Shown here piece after piece: positions 48,565 to 58,669 of a stretch of DNA of 64,000 nucleotides. The notes under the pieces were generated by a model, which ran no database searches, was not told the DNA's origin, and was given only the letters and a program-made list of their open reading frames with translations. The position numbers and the translations under genes are program-made. This DNA is from a candidate division TA06 bacterium (GTDB taxonomy: Bacteria > Edwardsbacteria > AC1 > EtOH8), in assembly GCA_016235665.1 (NCBI GenBank), contig JACRJI010000012.1, positions 218,543 through 282,542 on the forward strand. The letters run 5' to 3'. How positions within the stretch are numbered: position 1 is the first letter of the stretch; each line of letters begins with the position of its first letter.

Positions 48565-48729
48565 ATGAAAAGTGAAGCGACATTTTTGGTACGTTATGGT
48601 GTGGTCATAGTAGGAGTGTTTTATCTTTTGTTGCTGGCCGGCCTACTTATTCTTAGCGGAATTTGCGGACCGGAGCCCGTCAGACAAAACCGGCTGCCAA
48701 GCCGAAGCCCGAAAACAGGAGGCAATTAA
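48565..48729 (+). CDS. 54-aa single-pass membrane protein (absent from ORF track)
   Basis: MKSEATFLVRYGVVIVGVFYLLLLAGLLILSGICGPEPVRQNRLPSRSPKTGGN; AAGGGA SD; stop 1 bp before the PHP start codon. Confidence 0.55.
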   Translation: MKSEATFLVRYGVVIVGVFYLLLLAGLLILSGICGPEPVRQNRLPSRSPKTGGN

Positions 48730-48730
48730 T

Positions 48731-49444
48731 ATGGGTAAAGCCGATCTTCACATTCACACCAACTATTCGGACGGTTCCGCCACCGTGATGCAGGTGCTGC
48801 GCCGGGCGGTGGAAACGGGACTGGACACCATAGCTATCACCGACCACAATGAGATCGCAGGGGCCGTAAAGGCCCGGGAACTGGCGGAGCGGTGGGGCCT
48901 GAAAGTAGATGTGATCGTCGGGGAAGAGATCACCACCTCGGACGGGCATGTGGTGGGACTTTACCTGAAAGAAAGGATCAGGCCCCTGATGACCGCCCGG
49001 GCCACGGTGGACGAGATCCACCGCCAGGGCGGGTTGGCGGTAGCGGTGCACCCGTTCTCGCTCTGGCTCAAGCTTTTCAAATGCGGCGGAGTGGGGCGGC
49101 TGGCGGAGCAGCTCCAATTCGATGCCATAGAGGTGGCCAACGGAGCCTTGACTGAAACCTTCAGCAACCGGTACACCAAGGCCTATAACAGCAAGGTGGC
49201 AAAGCTGGCCGGGGTAGGAGGCTCAGATGCCCATACCATAGAGGCTTTGGGGCAGGCTTATACGGTGTTTCCCGGCCGGGGAGCCGCCTGGCTGAGGGAA
49301 GCGATAACTCACAAAGCCACCAAAGATGTGATAACCGGTTCCCAGTTTAAAGCCCTGTTGGATTTCATCGGAGATCATTTAAAGGGCAAGCTCGCCCTGT
49401 ATGGTTCGCAGGGCGGGGCCCTGGGGCAGGTCGATCCGGCTTAA
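48731..49444 (+). CDS. PHP-domain phosphoesterase
   Basis: DLHIHT..SDG, AITDHN, GEEITT..GH, HPF and GGSDAH motifs. Confidence 0.9.
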   Translation: MGKADLHIHTNYSDGSATVMQVLRRAVETGLDTIAITDHNEIAGAVKARELAERWGLKVDVIVGEEITTSDGHVVGLYLKERIRPLMTARATVDEIHRQGGLAVAVHPFSLWLKLFKCGGVGRLAEQLQFDAIEVANGALTETFSNRYTKAYNSKVAKLAGVGGSDAHTIEALGQAYTVFPGRGAAWLREAITHKATKDVITGSQFKALLDFIGDHLKGKLALYGSQGGALGQVDPA

Positions 49445-49457
49445 CACGCTTTTAATC
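49441..49457 (+). promoter_or_regulatory. Candidate Pho box upstream of porin-pst operon 1
   Basis: TTAACA (49441) and TTAATC (49452), 11 bp apart, followed by an AT-rich -10-like region. Confidence 0.5.
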
Positions 49458-49559
49458 TGGCGGGAAAGCGGACGAAATATTATAAATATATAATTACGGC
49501 ATTGAACTGCAAAAAGGAAAATAAAAATGAAAAAGAAAAAGAAAAAGAAAGGAACCACC

Positions 49560-50897
49560 ATGGGATTCAACAAGGTCGTTTTAACTGGATTGGCGGTGCT
49601 GGCAGCCGCCAGCCTGGCCTCGGCCCAGACGGCCAGGAAGGCCAAACCGGACTCCACAGTGGTGGAGCTAAAGAAACAGGTGGAGTATCTCAGTTCAACG
49701 GTCAATGTCTTGAACCAGCAGTTGAGCGCGACCAAGTTGCAGATGGAACAGATTTCTTCCACTGCCGGGCAGAACACCAACACCGAAGAGCAGGTGTCTG
49801 TGGTCTCCGACCGGGTGAACGGGCTGGATGAAAGGCTGTTGACCGCCGAGAGTTCCATCGCGGGACTGAGCAAACTTAAAGTATCGGGCTATCTCCAGAC
49901 CAGGGCTGAATACTTCAAGAACATCAAGATAGACACCCTGCCCAACGCCGTGGACAAAGGAGCAGACTCCAGCTGGTTCTACGTCCGCCGGGGCCGGATC
50001 AAATTTGTTTATACACCCAGCACCACCTCCCAGTATTGCATCTACCCCGACTTCTCCAAGAATACTGTTTCCCTGAAAGAGGCCTGGGTAACCCTGTCCG
50101 AACCCTGGACCCCGATGGGCTTCAAACTGACCATGGGCCAGATGAACTGGCCGTTCGGGGTGGAGATAGAAAGGTCATCCTCGGTGCGGGAGCTGCCGGA
50201 ACGCTCCACCGCCTCCGGTAAATTGTTCAAAGGCGAGCGCGACCGCGGCGTAAAATTGTCGTTCACTCCGCTGACCAAAATGGGACCGCTGGCATCGCTG
50301 GTAGTGGACCTGGGGGTTTACAACGGCTACGGCATTGACAACAGCACCTTTACCTGGAACGACCCCACCAAGCCCAAGGATTTCATCGCCCGGGCCAAGG
50401 CCGACCTGGGGGTGGTGGCCCTGACAGCTTCCTATTATGACGGCAGCGAGAAGACCTCGGCTACCTCCACCAATTACTACAAGGGCCGGCTGGGCGGTTC
50501 GCTGGAAGCCTATTACCAGTTCCTGCCCATCGGCGGAACGGCTTTGCTGGCCGAAGGCGTCCAGGGCATTCAGACCGGCAAAAAGGTGCTGGGCGGATAT
50601 GTGATGCTGGTTCAGAACATCGGGAAAAAGTTCGGTCTGGCTTTCCGGGCCGACACCTACGATCCCAACACCTCTTCCGACACCACTTTGTACGGCGGGA
50701 CCGCCAACGACCTGAAGTACGACCAGACCTCGAATCTCTCGGCGGCCTTGAATTACTGGTGGGATGACGCGGTTCGCTTTACCCTGTCGGCCGACCGCAC
50801 CCTTTACAACACCGGCATGATGATCCTGGACCAGCACCCCAAGTACAAGACCTACCAGACCGACCGGCTGATCGCCCAAATGCAGATCAAGTTCTAA
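49560..50897 (+). CDS. Phosphate-selective porin (OprO/OprP-like) with N-terminal coiled coil
   Basis: Signal peptide from ATG 49560; KVSGYLQ, FYVRRGRIK, ERDRGV motifs; C-terminal Phe (QMQIKF). Confidence 0.8.
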   Translation: MGFNKVVLTGLAVLAAASLASAQTARKAKPDSTVVELKKQVEYLSSTVNVLNQQLSATKLQMEQISSTAGQNTNTEEQVSVVSDRVNGLDERLLTAESSIAGLSKLKVSGYLQTRAEYFKNIKIDTLPNAVDKGADSSWFYVRRGRIKFVYTPSTTSQYCIYPDFSKNTVSLKEAWVTLSEPWTPMGFKLTMGQMNWPFGVEIERSSSVRELPERSTASGKLFKGERDRGVKLSFTPLTKMGPLASLVVDLGVYNGYGIDNSTFTWNDPTKPKDFIARAKADLGVVALTASYYDGSEKTSATSTNYYKGRLGGSLEAYYQFLPIGGTALLAEGVQGIQTGKKVLGGYVMLVQNIGKKFGLAFRADTYDPNTSSDTTLYGGTANDLKYDQTSNLSAALNYWWDDAVRFTLSADRTLYNTGMMILDQHPKYKTYQTDRLIAQMQIKF

Positions 50898-50926
50898 GAA
50901 TAAAAAAACATTAAGGAGAAATTAAA

Positions 50927-51754
50927 ATGACCAAAAAAATAATCATAATCGCGATGGTGGCATTGATCGCAGTAATGGGCGGGGTGTCTTTGGCCGGGAA
51001 GGCCATAACCCTGAAGGGATCGGACACCATGCTGCTGCTGGGCCAGCGCTGGGCTGAGATTTACATGGAAAAGCATCCGGGGGTGGTGATCCAGGTCACC
51101 GGCGGCGGGTCGGGGGTGGGCATCGCCGCCCTGATCAACGGCGCCACCAACATCTGCCAGGCCTCCCGCAGCATGAAGGATTCGGAAAAACAGAAACTGC
51201 GGGACCGGTATTTCAGCCTGGGATACGAGATCCCAGTGGCCAAGGACGGGGTGACCCTGTATCTTAACGAAAAAAATCCCATCAACGAGCTGACCCTGGA
51301 CCAGATCAAGGATATCTACACCGGGTACACCACCAACTGGTCGCAGCTGGGAGGGCCGGACGCCAAGATCATCGTCTACGGCCGCGAGAACAGCTCGGGC
51401 ACCTATGTATTCTTTAGGGAAGCGGCCATGAAGAACGCCGATTACACATCCAGCATGCAGTCCCTGCCGGGCACCGCGGCGGTGGTCAATGCCGTGGGTA
51501 AGGATGTCTACGGGATAGGTTACGGCGGAGCCGCCTATGCCAAGGGCGTCAAGGAAGTGGCCATCAAGACCGCCAAGGGCAGCTTTAAGCCCACCACCGA
51601 AACCGTCAAGAGCGGACAGTATCCACTGGCCCGGAACCTTTACTGGTACCTGCAGGGCAAGCCTTCCGGTGAGATGAAAAAAATGGTGGACTGGGTCCTC
51701 TCTCCCGAAGGACAGGAGATAGTGAAAAAAGTCGGGTATTTTACGATAAAATAA
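50927..51754 (+). CDS. pstS: Phosphate ABC transporter substrate-binding protein 1
   Basis: KGSDT, GGGSGVG, ASR, RENSSGT and YPLAR motifs. Confidence 0.95.
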   Translation: MTKKIIIIAMVALIAVMGGVSLAGKAITLKGSDTMLLLGQRWAEIYMEKHPGVVIQVTGGGSGVGIAALINGATNICQASRSMKDSEKQKLRDRYFSLGYEIPVAKDGVTLYLNEKNPINELTLDQIKDIYTGYTTNWSQLGGPDAKIIVYGRENSSGTYVFFREAAMKNADYTSSMQSLPGTAAVVNAVGKDVYGIGYGGAAYAKGVKEVAIKTAKGSFKPTTETVKSGQYPLARNLYWYLQGKPSGEMKKMVDWVLSPEGQEIVKKVGYFTIK

Positions 51755-51841
51755 ACCGGTCAATGTTATGAATAAGCAATCCAGGGGACTTTGGCTATTC
51801 CATTGTTCCCTGGATTTGGGCATTATCAAAGGGAAATATTT

Positions 51842-52768
51842 ATGAGCCTCCAGAAAAAAAGATTCAAATACCTTGGAGAATCGCTGATAGAGGGCAACAT
51901 CAAGTTCACCGCCATACTGGCCATCATAGCGGTGTTCCTGATATTCCTGTTCATCCTGCGGGAGTCATTGCCGATCTTCTTCAGCCGGGAAGTGATGAAG
52001 GAGATAACCTTTGGGAAGTTCTTCAATGGAATTGAATGGCAGCCGGTGTCGGACAACCCCCGGTTCTCGCTGTGGCCGATAATATTGGGCAGTTTAAAAG
52101 TGACCCTGATAGCCCTGGTTTTTGCGGTACCAACCGCTGTCGGAGCGGCACTGTACAGCTCGGAGTTCGCCGGGCGCCGGCTCAAGGAGTTCATCAAACC
52201 GGTGGTGGAACTGCTGGCCGGGATCCCCTCGGTGGTGCTGGGTTTCTTTGCCCTGATAATAATGGCCTCTTTCCTGAAAAACATCTTCGGCTGGACCTAC
52301 CGTCTGAACGCGGTCAATGCCGGCATCGCCCTGGGATTTGCCGTTATCCCGGCCATCTATTCGCTGGCCGAGGATGCCATCAATGCCGTGCCCAGATCTT
52401 TCCGGGAGGCGGCCCTGGGGCTGGGCGCCACCCCCTGGCAGACCGCGGTAAAAGTGGTGCTGCCGGCGGCCCTGCCCGGGGTCTCGGCGGCGGTGCTGTT
52501 CGGCATGGGCCGGGCGGTGGGCGAGACCATGGTGGTGCTGATGGCCGCCGGCAACGCCCCGCTGTTCTCCTTCAACCCGCTGGAATCCACCCGGACCATG
52601 ACAGCCACCATCGCGGCCGAGCTGGGAGAGGTGGTATTCGGAGGCGGCCACTATCATGCCCTGTTCTTTATAGGCCTGACCTTGTTCCTGGTCACGTTTG
52701 TGATCAACACCGCTTCCTGGGTCTTGTTCGACAGTCTGATGAACAAACTGTATGGAGCAAAGAAATAG
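51842..52768 (+). CDS. pstC: Phosphate ABC permease PstC 1
   Basis: ELLAGIPSVV and RAVGETM motifs; start at ATG 51842. Confidence 0.95.
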   Translation: MSLQKKRFKYLGESLIEGNIKFTAILAIIAVFLIFLFILRESLPIFFSREVMKEITFGKFFNGIEWQPVSDNPRFSLWPIILGSLKVTLIALVFAVPTAVGAALYSSEFAGRRLKEFIKPVVELLAGIPSVVLGFFALIIMASFLKNIFGWTYRLNAVNAGIALGFAVIPAIYSLAEDAINAVPRSFREAALGLGATPWQTAVKVVLPAALPGVSAAVLFGMGRAVGETMVVLMAAGNAPLFSFNPLESTRTMTATIAAELGEVVFGGGHYHALFFIGLTLFLVTFVINTASWVLFDSLMNKLYGAKK

Positions 52769-52775
52769 GCGGCAT

Positions 52776-53690
52776 ATGAATTATCAGACAAAATTAAGAA
52801 AAATCGGCGACAAGGTAAAGATCGGCCTGACCGGAACGGCGGTCCTGTTGATATTGGCCATCCTGGCAATCATCCTTGCGGCTGTGATAGCCGGCGGTTA
52901 TAAAAGCCTGAGCTGGGAGTTCCTGAGCCAGCCGCCCCGCGACGGCATGACCAAGGGCGGGATCTTCCCGGCCATATTCGGGATGGTGTTCTCATTGATC
53001 CTGATGCTGATCGCGGTGGTGCCGGTGGGCGTGGCCACGGCCGTTTACCTGCACGAGTACGCCCGGCCAGATTTTATATTGACCAGGTTGATCCGGGGGG
53101 CGGTCAACAACCTGGCCGGGGTTCCTTCCATCGTTTTCGGCCTGTTCGGGCTGGGTTTCTTCATCCAGTTCATCGGCAACGGGATCGACCGGTCTTTGGG
53201 ACAGAGCGGACTGTTCGGCCAGCCCTGCATCCTTTGGGCCTCGCTGACCCTGGCCCTGATGAACCTTCCGATCATCATCGTGGCCACCGAGGAGGCCCTG
53301 AGAGCCATTCCCCAGGCGGAGCGGGCCGGGGCCCTGGCCCTGGGGGCCACAAAATGGCAGACCATCCGGCATGTGGTGCTGCCCCAGGCCATTCCCGGCA
53401 TACTGACCGGCGTGGTGCTGACCATCAGCCGGGGAGCCGGCGAGGTGGCGCCCATCATGTTCACCGGGGCGGCCTATTACCTGCCTTACCTGCCCAAACT
53501 GCCCACCGACCAGTTCATGACCCTGGGCTATCACATCTTTGTGATGACCACCCAGTCACCGGACATAGACGCCACCGTGCCCATAGCCATGGGCGCCACC
53601 CTGGTCCTGCTGGCATTGACCTTTTCACTGAACATCATCGCCATCATCATCAGATCCCGCACCAGAAGACAGCTTAGCAAAGGAAGATAG
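52776..53690 (+). CDS. pstA: Phosphate ABC permease PstA 1
   Basis: [23 protein letters not shown] and RGAGEVAP motifs; start at ATG 52776. Confidence 0.95.
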   Translation: MNYQTKLRKIGDKVKIGLTGTAVLLILAILAIILAAVIAGGYKSLSWEFLSQPPRDGMTKGGIFPAIFGMVFSLILMLIAVVPVGVATAVYLHEYARPDFILTRLIRGAVNNLAGVPSIVFGLFGLGFFIQFIGNGIDRSLGQSGLFGQPCILWASLTLALMNLPIIIVATEEALRAIPQAERAGALALGATKWQTIRHVVLPQAIPGILTGVVLTISRGAGEVAPIMFTGAAYYLPYLPKLPTDQFMTLGYHIFVMTTQSPDIDATVPIAMGATLVLLALTFSLNIIAIIIRSRTRRQLSKGR

Positions 53691-53691
53691 A

Positions 53692-54459
53692 ATGGAAACA
53701 AGGGAAAACCGCTTGGAAATAATTGATTTCAGCCTCTTCTACCACCGCACCAAGGCCCTGGAGGAGATCTCCATGGACATTCCCGAAAAAAAGGTGACCG
53801 CCATCATCGGGCCGTCGGGCTGCGGAAAATCCACCCTGCTGCGGTCCATCAACCGGATGAACGAGCTGATAGAGGGAGTGACCACCGAGGGGGAGATATT
53901 GCTGGACGGGGAGGACATCTATCACAAAAACATAGATGTGGTGGAACTGCGGCGCAAGGTGGGGATGGTCTTTCAGAGGCCCAATCCTTTTCCCAAGTCC
54001 ATTTACGAAAACGTGGCCTTTGGGCTGAGGATGGGCGAGAAAGCATATTCCAAGGGCAGACTGGAGGAAGTGGTGGAGCAATCGCTTAAGGAGGCGGCCA
54101 TCTGGGACGAAGTCAAGGACCGGCTGCAGCGCTCGGCCATGGAGCTTTCGGGCGGGCAGCAGCAGAGGGTCTGCATCGCCCGGGCCCTGGCGGTGGAGCC
54201 GGAAGTCATCCTGATGGACGAACCGGCCTCGGCCCTGGATCCTATAGCCACCGCCAAGATCGAGGAACTGATCTTCAAACTGAAGGAAAAATACACCATC
54301 GTCATCGTGACCCACAACATGCAGCAGGCGGCCCGGGTCTCGGACCAGACGGCATTTTTGATGCTGGGCAAGCTGATAGAATACGGGGATACTTCGACCA
54401 TATTCACCAAGCCTCGGAACAAGACCACCGAGGAATATATAACTGGAAGATTTGGTTAA
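53692..54459 (+). CDS. pstB: Phosphate ABC ATPase PstB 1, all motifs canonical
   Basis: [36 protein letters not shown] and ITGRFG motifs. Confidence 0.97.
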   Translation: METRENRLEIIDFSLFYHRTKALEEISMDIPEKKVTAIIGPSGCGKSTLLRSINRMNELIEGVTTEGEILLDGEDIYHKNIDVVELRRKVGMVFQRPNPFPKSIYENVAFGLRMGEKAYSKGRLEEVVEQSLKEAAIWDEVKDRLQRSAMELSGGQQQRVCIARALAVEPEVILMDEPASALDPIATAKIEELIFKLKEKYTIVIVTHNMQQAARVSDQTAFLMLGKLIEYGDTSTIFTKPRNKTTEEYITGRFG

Positions 54460-54481
54460 TATATAGAAAGGAGAACGGAAA

Positions 54482-54958
54482 ATGAATATTCTTATAATAC
54501 ACTATGGTCTGGACCAAAAACAACTTATCATAGTGGATGAAATAAGAAAAGACCTGGATTGCCAGGTGGAGGAACTTAAGGCTGGGAAAAGCTTTGCTTT
54601 ATGGAGGATAATCAAGTATTTTCTAAAACTTCCGTCCAAAGCCGATACTTTGAAAAATGAAACTTTGTGGTATGAATCCATAATCCTATGTTTTACTACT
54701 GGAGGCATAGAACTGCCACCAGAGATAAGGGCTTTATTAAAGGAATACCGTTACAGCCTACGGAACTTGGCTTGTCTAATTTTCACCTCAAGATCCCAAG
54801 GGGTCAAGGACACTTTATTGGAATCAGTGATACAGCTGGCTGGTGGCAGGCCGTTGGCTTGGTGCGAAGTCATCGGGGATAGTTCTGCAAACACCCAGGA
54901 AATTAGAGCCTTTGTTCGAAAAATTCAAAATCTCGGGCATTACAACCAGAAAAGATAG
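54482..54958 (+). CDS. AT-rich flavodoxin-fold-like hypothetical protein
   Basis: beta-alpha pattern (NILIIHYG, YESIILCF, LACLIFTS) resembling short flavodoxins but without the phosphate-binding loop; SD AAGGAG. Confidence 0.55.
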   Translation: MNILIIHYGLDQKQLIIVDEIRKDLDCQVEELKAGKSFALWRIIKYFLKLPSKADTLKNETLWYESIILCFTTGGIELPPEIRALLKEYRYSLRNLACLIFTSRSQGVKDTLLESVIQLAGGRPLAWCEVIGDSSANTQEIRAFVRKIQNLGHYNQKR

Positions 54959-54987
54959 CTTCAACTATCCTGCGAGGAAAAAGATTA

Positions 54988-55023
54988 CAAGGACGGCAAC
55001 CAAAACCGTCCTTGATTTTTTTT
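54988..55023 (+). terminator. Terminator of pst operon 1
   Basis: CAAGGACGG/CCGTCCTTG stem followed by a T-tract. Confidence 0.85.
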
Positions 55024-55156
55024 GATATTCAATCGAACAAAATATCGTCTCATGTATTTCATTGATAAATTCGTTAATAGTATAGAAATTAAACCGGAAA
55101 TATGATACAATGATCTTAACGAATCAATCAGCTATCAAACAATTCTGGAGGCAAAC

Positions 55157-55783
55157 ATGGGTTTCTCCCTGATCCCCAAGGAAGTGCAGTTTTTCGATCT
55201 TTTTGACAAACAAGCCGCTGTGATCAACATCGCCGCCAAAAGTTTCAAGGAGCTGGCTGTCAGTGGGACCTTCGATGATGCCGGCATCGAGCGGATGAAG
55301 GACATCGAGCACCAGTGCGACGAGATCACCCACGACATCATCGACAAGCTCAACCGCTGTTTCATCACTCCCTTTGACCGTGAGGATATCTACAAACTGG
55401 CCCTCGAACTTGACGACTTGGTGGACATGCTGTACAGCGTGGCCAAGAGGATGCGGCTATACAAGATAAACGGGGTCCACCCGGACATGATCAAGTTTTC
55501 CGAGCTGATAGAACAGGCGGTCGGCTGTCTGGGCAAGGCCCTGAATAGTCTTCGCAACAGCAAGCACCACAAACCCATTTTAGTCTGCTGTATCGAGATC
55601 AACCGGCTGGAGAACGAGGGCGACCACCTGCGGGATCATGTGATAGGCGATCTTTTCGAGAATGAAAGTGATGCCATGGCGGTCATGAAATGGAAAGAGA
55701 TCTTTGAAGGTGTGGAAACCTGCCTGGACATAAGCGAGGATATCAGTAACATCATAGAATCCATACTGGTGAAGAACGCCTGA
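55157..55783 (+). CDS. DUF47 (PhoU-like Pit accessory) protein
   Basis: EHQCDEITH, FITPFDREDI, LENEGD and WKEI motifs; stop overlaps the pit start. Confidence 0.92.
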   Translation: MGFSLIPKEVQFFDLFDKQAAVINIAAKSFKELAVSGTFDDAGIERMKDIEHQCDEITHDIIDKLNRCFITPFDREDIYKLALELDDLVDMLYSVAKRMRLYKINGVHPDMIKFSELIEQAVGCLGKALNSLRNSKHHKPILVCCIEINRLENEGDHLRDHVIGDLFENESDAMAVMKWKEIFEGVETCLDISEDISNIIESILVKNA

Positions 55784-56778
55784 TGCTGCCGCTTATAATA
55801 TTTTTGATATTGTTGGCCTTGTTCTTTGATTTTTTGAACGGTTTCCACGACTCGGCCAACTCGATCGCCACCATTGTTTCCACCAGAGTGCTTTCGCCGC
55901 GCCATGCGGTGCTCTGGGCAGCTTTTTTCAATTTTGTCGCTTTCCTGATATTCAAGACCCATGTAGCCAGCACCATCAGCAAGGGGATCGTGAGCCTGGG
56001 GACCATAGATTCCGCAGTGATCTTTGCCACTTTGGTGGGGGCCTGCCTGTGGGACCTGATTACCTGGTATTTTGGCCTGCCCACCAGTTCCTCCCACGCT
56101 TTGATGGGCGGCCTGATAGGAGCTGCCCTCCTTAAGACCGGCGCGGAGTCGCTGATTTGGTCTGGCATATTAAAAACAGTGGCTTTCATCTTTATTTCGC
56201 CATTATTGGGTATGGCCCTGGGGCTATTGAACGGAGTGGCTGTACACTGGTTATTCCGCCGGGCGGTGCCCAGCAAGGTGGACCAATTTTTCCGAAAAGG
56301 GCAGCTGGTTTCAGCCGCATTCTATAGCCTGGGCCACGGCGGCAACGATGCCCAGAAAACCATGGGCATCATTGCCGGGTTAATGGTCAGCGCAGGCTAC
56401 ATGGCGAAGGATTTTAATGAAATACCGCTTTGGATAGTGCTGGCCTGTCATTCGGCCATCGCCATAGGCACCATGTTCGGCGGCTGGCGGATAGTGAAGA
56501 CCATGGGGCAGAAGGTGGCCAAGTTGCGCCCGGTGGACGGTTTCTGCGCCGAGTTTGGCGCCGCCACATCGTTGTTCATCTCCTCGGCCCTGGGCGTTCC
56601 GGTCAGCACCACCCACACCATCACCGGAGCCATAATGGGAGTGGGCTCGCTTAAACGTATGTCGGCGGTACGTTGGGGAGTAGCCGGCCAAATAGTATGG
56701 GCTTGGGTTCTGACCATTCCCTGTTCGGCCCTGATCTCTGGGGTGGTATACTTCATAATCAAAAAGGCGGGAATCTAA
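55783..56778 (+). CDS. pit: PiT family inorganic phosphate transporter
   Basis: GFHDSANSIAT, PTSSSHA, HGGNDAQK and PVSTTH motifs. Confidence 0.95.
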   Translation: MLPLIIFLILLALFFDFLNGFHDSANSIATIVSTRVLSPRHAVLWAAFFNFVAFLIFKTHVASTISKGIVSLGTIDSAVIFATLVGACLWDLITWYFGLPTSSSHALMGGLIGAALLKTGAESLIWSGILKTVAFIFISPLLGMALGLLNGVAVHWLFRRAVPSKVDQFFRKGQLVSAAFYSLGHGGNDAQKTMGIIAGLMVSAGYMAKDFNEIPLWIVLACHSAIAIGTMFGGWRIVKTMGQKVAKLRPVDGFCAEFGAATSLFISSALGVPVSTTHTITGAIMGVGSLKRMSAVRWGVAGQIVWAWVLTIPCSALISGVVYFIIKKAGI

Positions 56779-56803
56779 AAAGATCGTCATTTTTGCCTTA
56801 ATC

Positions 56804-56833
56804 AAAAGAGGGTGCAGGTGCCCCTCTTTTTTT
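56804..56833 (+). terminator. Terminator after pit
   Basis: AAAAGAGGG...CCCTCTTTTTTT. Confidence 0.75.
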
Positions 56834-56835
56834 GT

Positions 56836-56852
56836 TTAACACGGATTTAACA
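56836..56852 (+). promoter_or_regulatory. Pho box upstream of pst operon 2
   Basis: Two perfect TTAACA at 56836 and 56847 (11-bp spacing). Confidence 0.7.
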
Positions 56853-56933
56853 TTGTGCTAATGCCCTTAAAATATTGGAGTAATATACTCATCATGCAAA
56901 GGATCAACCAATTCCAAACCAAGAGGAGGCAAG

Positions 56934-57728
56934 ATGATTAAACTGCTTAGGTCACCATTGATGGTGCTGGTAACTGCAGTCCTGATATTAGGCTGCGGCA
57001 AGAATAAACAATCCATCACCCTGGCCGGCTCCACCGCTTTCCAGCCCTTCGCCGAGAAACTGGCCGAGCAGTACATGGCGGCCAATCCCGGGGCTTCGAT
57101 CACGGTCCAGGGCGGCGGCTCGGCAGTTGGCATCCAGTCGGCCCTTTCCGGGGCGGCCCAGATAGGGATGGCCGACCTGGTGAACCTGCCCCCGGAAGCC
57201 AGGGAACTCAACGCCACCATAGTGGCCAGGGACGGCATAGCGGTGGTGATAAACCCGGCCAATAAAGTGAAAGATCTTACCCTCGACCAGCTTCGGGACA
57301 TCTTCAACGGAAAGATCAAGAACTGGAAGGCAGTCGGAGGGGCGGACAAGGACATCACCGTGGTCTCGCGCGAGGCCGGCTCCGGCACCAGGACATCGTT
57401 TGAAGAGATAGTGACCGGGATAGACCTAAGCGGGAACGCCCTGATCCAGGACTCCAACGGGACCATCCGGGAAACAGTGGCCAACGACGCCGGAGCCATA
57501 GGCTACCTTTCCCACGGGCTGTTGAACGAGAAGATCAAAGCAGTTCTTTTGGATGGACAGGAATGCACAACAGAAAAGATCATGGCTCAGAAATATAAGC
57601 TGGTGCGGCCGATATTCCTCTTGACCAAGGCTCAGCCCGGAGCCGAGGTTCAAAGCGTGATAGATTACATCCTTTCTGCCGAGGGACAGCAGACCATCCA
57701 GCAGAACGGACTGATCCCGGCCAAGTGA
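56934..57728 (+). CDS. pstS: Phosphate ABC substrate-binding lipoprotein 2
   Basis: Lipobox ILGC; AGSTA, GGGSAVG, DGIAV, REAGSGTR motifs. Confidence 0.93.
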   Translation: MIKLLRSPLMVLVTAVLILGCGKNKQSITLAGSTAFQPFAEKLAEQYMAANPGASITVQGGGSAVGIQSALSGAAQIGMADLVNLPPEARELNATIVARDGIAVVINPANKVKDLTLDQLRDIFNGKIKNWKAVGGADKDITVVSREAGSGTRTSFEEIVTGIDLSGNALIQDSNGTIRETVANDAGAIGYLSHGLLNEKIKAVLLDGQECTTEKIMAQKYKLVRPIFLLTKAQPGAEVQSVIDYILSAEGQQTIQQNGLIPAK

Positions 57729-57733
57729 AACTA

Positions 57734-57768
57734 ATTCCTGAATACGGAATACTGAATTTTGAATACTG
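57734..57768. repeat. Heptamer tandem repeat
   Basis: ATTCCTG AATACGG AATACTG AATTTTG AATACTG. Confidence 0.65.
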
Positions 57769-57811
57769 TAGTTAGTAACATTGTTGACAGTACTGAAACG
57801 CAAAATAAAAA

Positions 57812-58669
57812 ATGCCGGTTAACAGCGAAAAAATAATGCAGCAACTGCTGCTGGCCGTGGCCTTCTCGGCCCTTTCGGCCCTGCTGCTGATCGCCGTTTT
57901 TATCATCAGCCAGGGGCTTCCCTTCATTTTCAGGTACGGGTTAGGGGAATTCCTGTTCTCTTCCCAGTGGAATCCCCAGGCCGGAAAATTTGGCATCTTT
58001 CCCATGGTGGTTTCCACCCTGTGGGTCACTTTGGGGGCCATGGCCATTGGGGCGCCGCTGGGGGTGGCCGGGGCGGTGTTCCTGACCGAGTTCGTGCCCC
58101 GGACGGTGATGCGGATAATAAAGCCGGCCATAGAACTGCTGGCCGGGATACCATCGGTGGTCTACGGCTTCATCGGGGTGATGGTGCTGGCCCCGCTGAT
58201 CCGGGACCATCTGGGCGGCCCGGGCCTTTCGCTTTTGGCTGGCTCCATCATCCTGGGAATAATGATCCTGCCCACCATCATCAGCATCTCCATCGATTCC
58301 ATCATGGCGGTGCCCAAAAGCTACCGGGAAGGGTCCCTGGCCCTGGGGGCTACGGTCTGGCAGACGGTGCGGATGGTGACCCTGCCGGCCGCCCGGTCCG
58401 GCATCGCGGCCAGCATCATCCTGGCCATGGGGCGGGCCATCGGCGAGACCATGGCGGTGATCATGGTCACCGGCAACTCCGTCAAGATCCCGGGCTCGGC
58501 CCTGGAGCCGGTGCGGACCCTGACCGCCAACATCGCCCTGGAGATGGGCTATGCCACCGGAATGCACCGCCAGGCCCTGTTCGCCACCGGGGTGGTGCTG
58601 TTTGTGGTGATCATGATCCTCAATTTCAGCGCCAGTTATGTGATGAGGCAGAGAAAGGCCCGCCGATGA
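57812..58669 (+). CDS. pstC: Phosphate ABC permease PstC 2
   Basis: ELLAGIPSVVYG and RAIGETMAV motifs. Confidence 0.94.
   Translation: MPVNSEKIMQQLLLAVAFSALSALLLIAVFIISQGLPFIFRYGLGEFLFSSQWNPQAGKFGIFPMVVSTLWVTLGAMAIGAPLGVAGAVFLTEFVPRTVMRIIKPAIELLAGIPSVVYGFIGVMVLAPLIRDHLGGPGLSLLAGSIILGIMILPTIISISIDSIMAVPKSYREGSLALGATVWQTVRMVTLPAARSGIAASIILAMGRAIGETMAVIMVTGNSVKIPGSALEPVRTLTANIALEMGYATGMHRQALFATGVVLFVVIMILNFSASYVMRQRKARR

Noticed and set aside
49527-49559. Poly-lysine N-terminus on the porin
   Set aside because: Artefact of an upstream ATG in an A-rich leader; ATG 49560 has an SD and gives a normal signal peptide.
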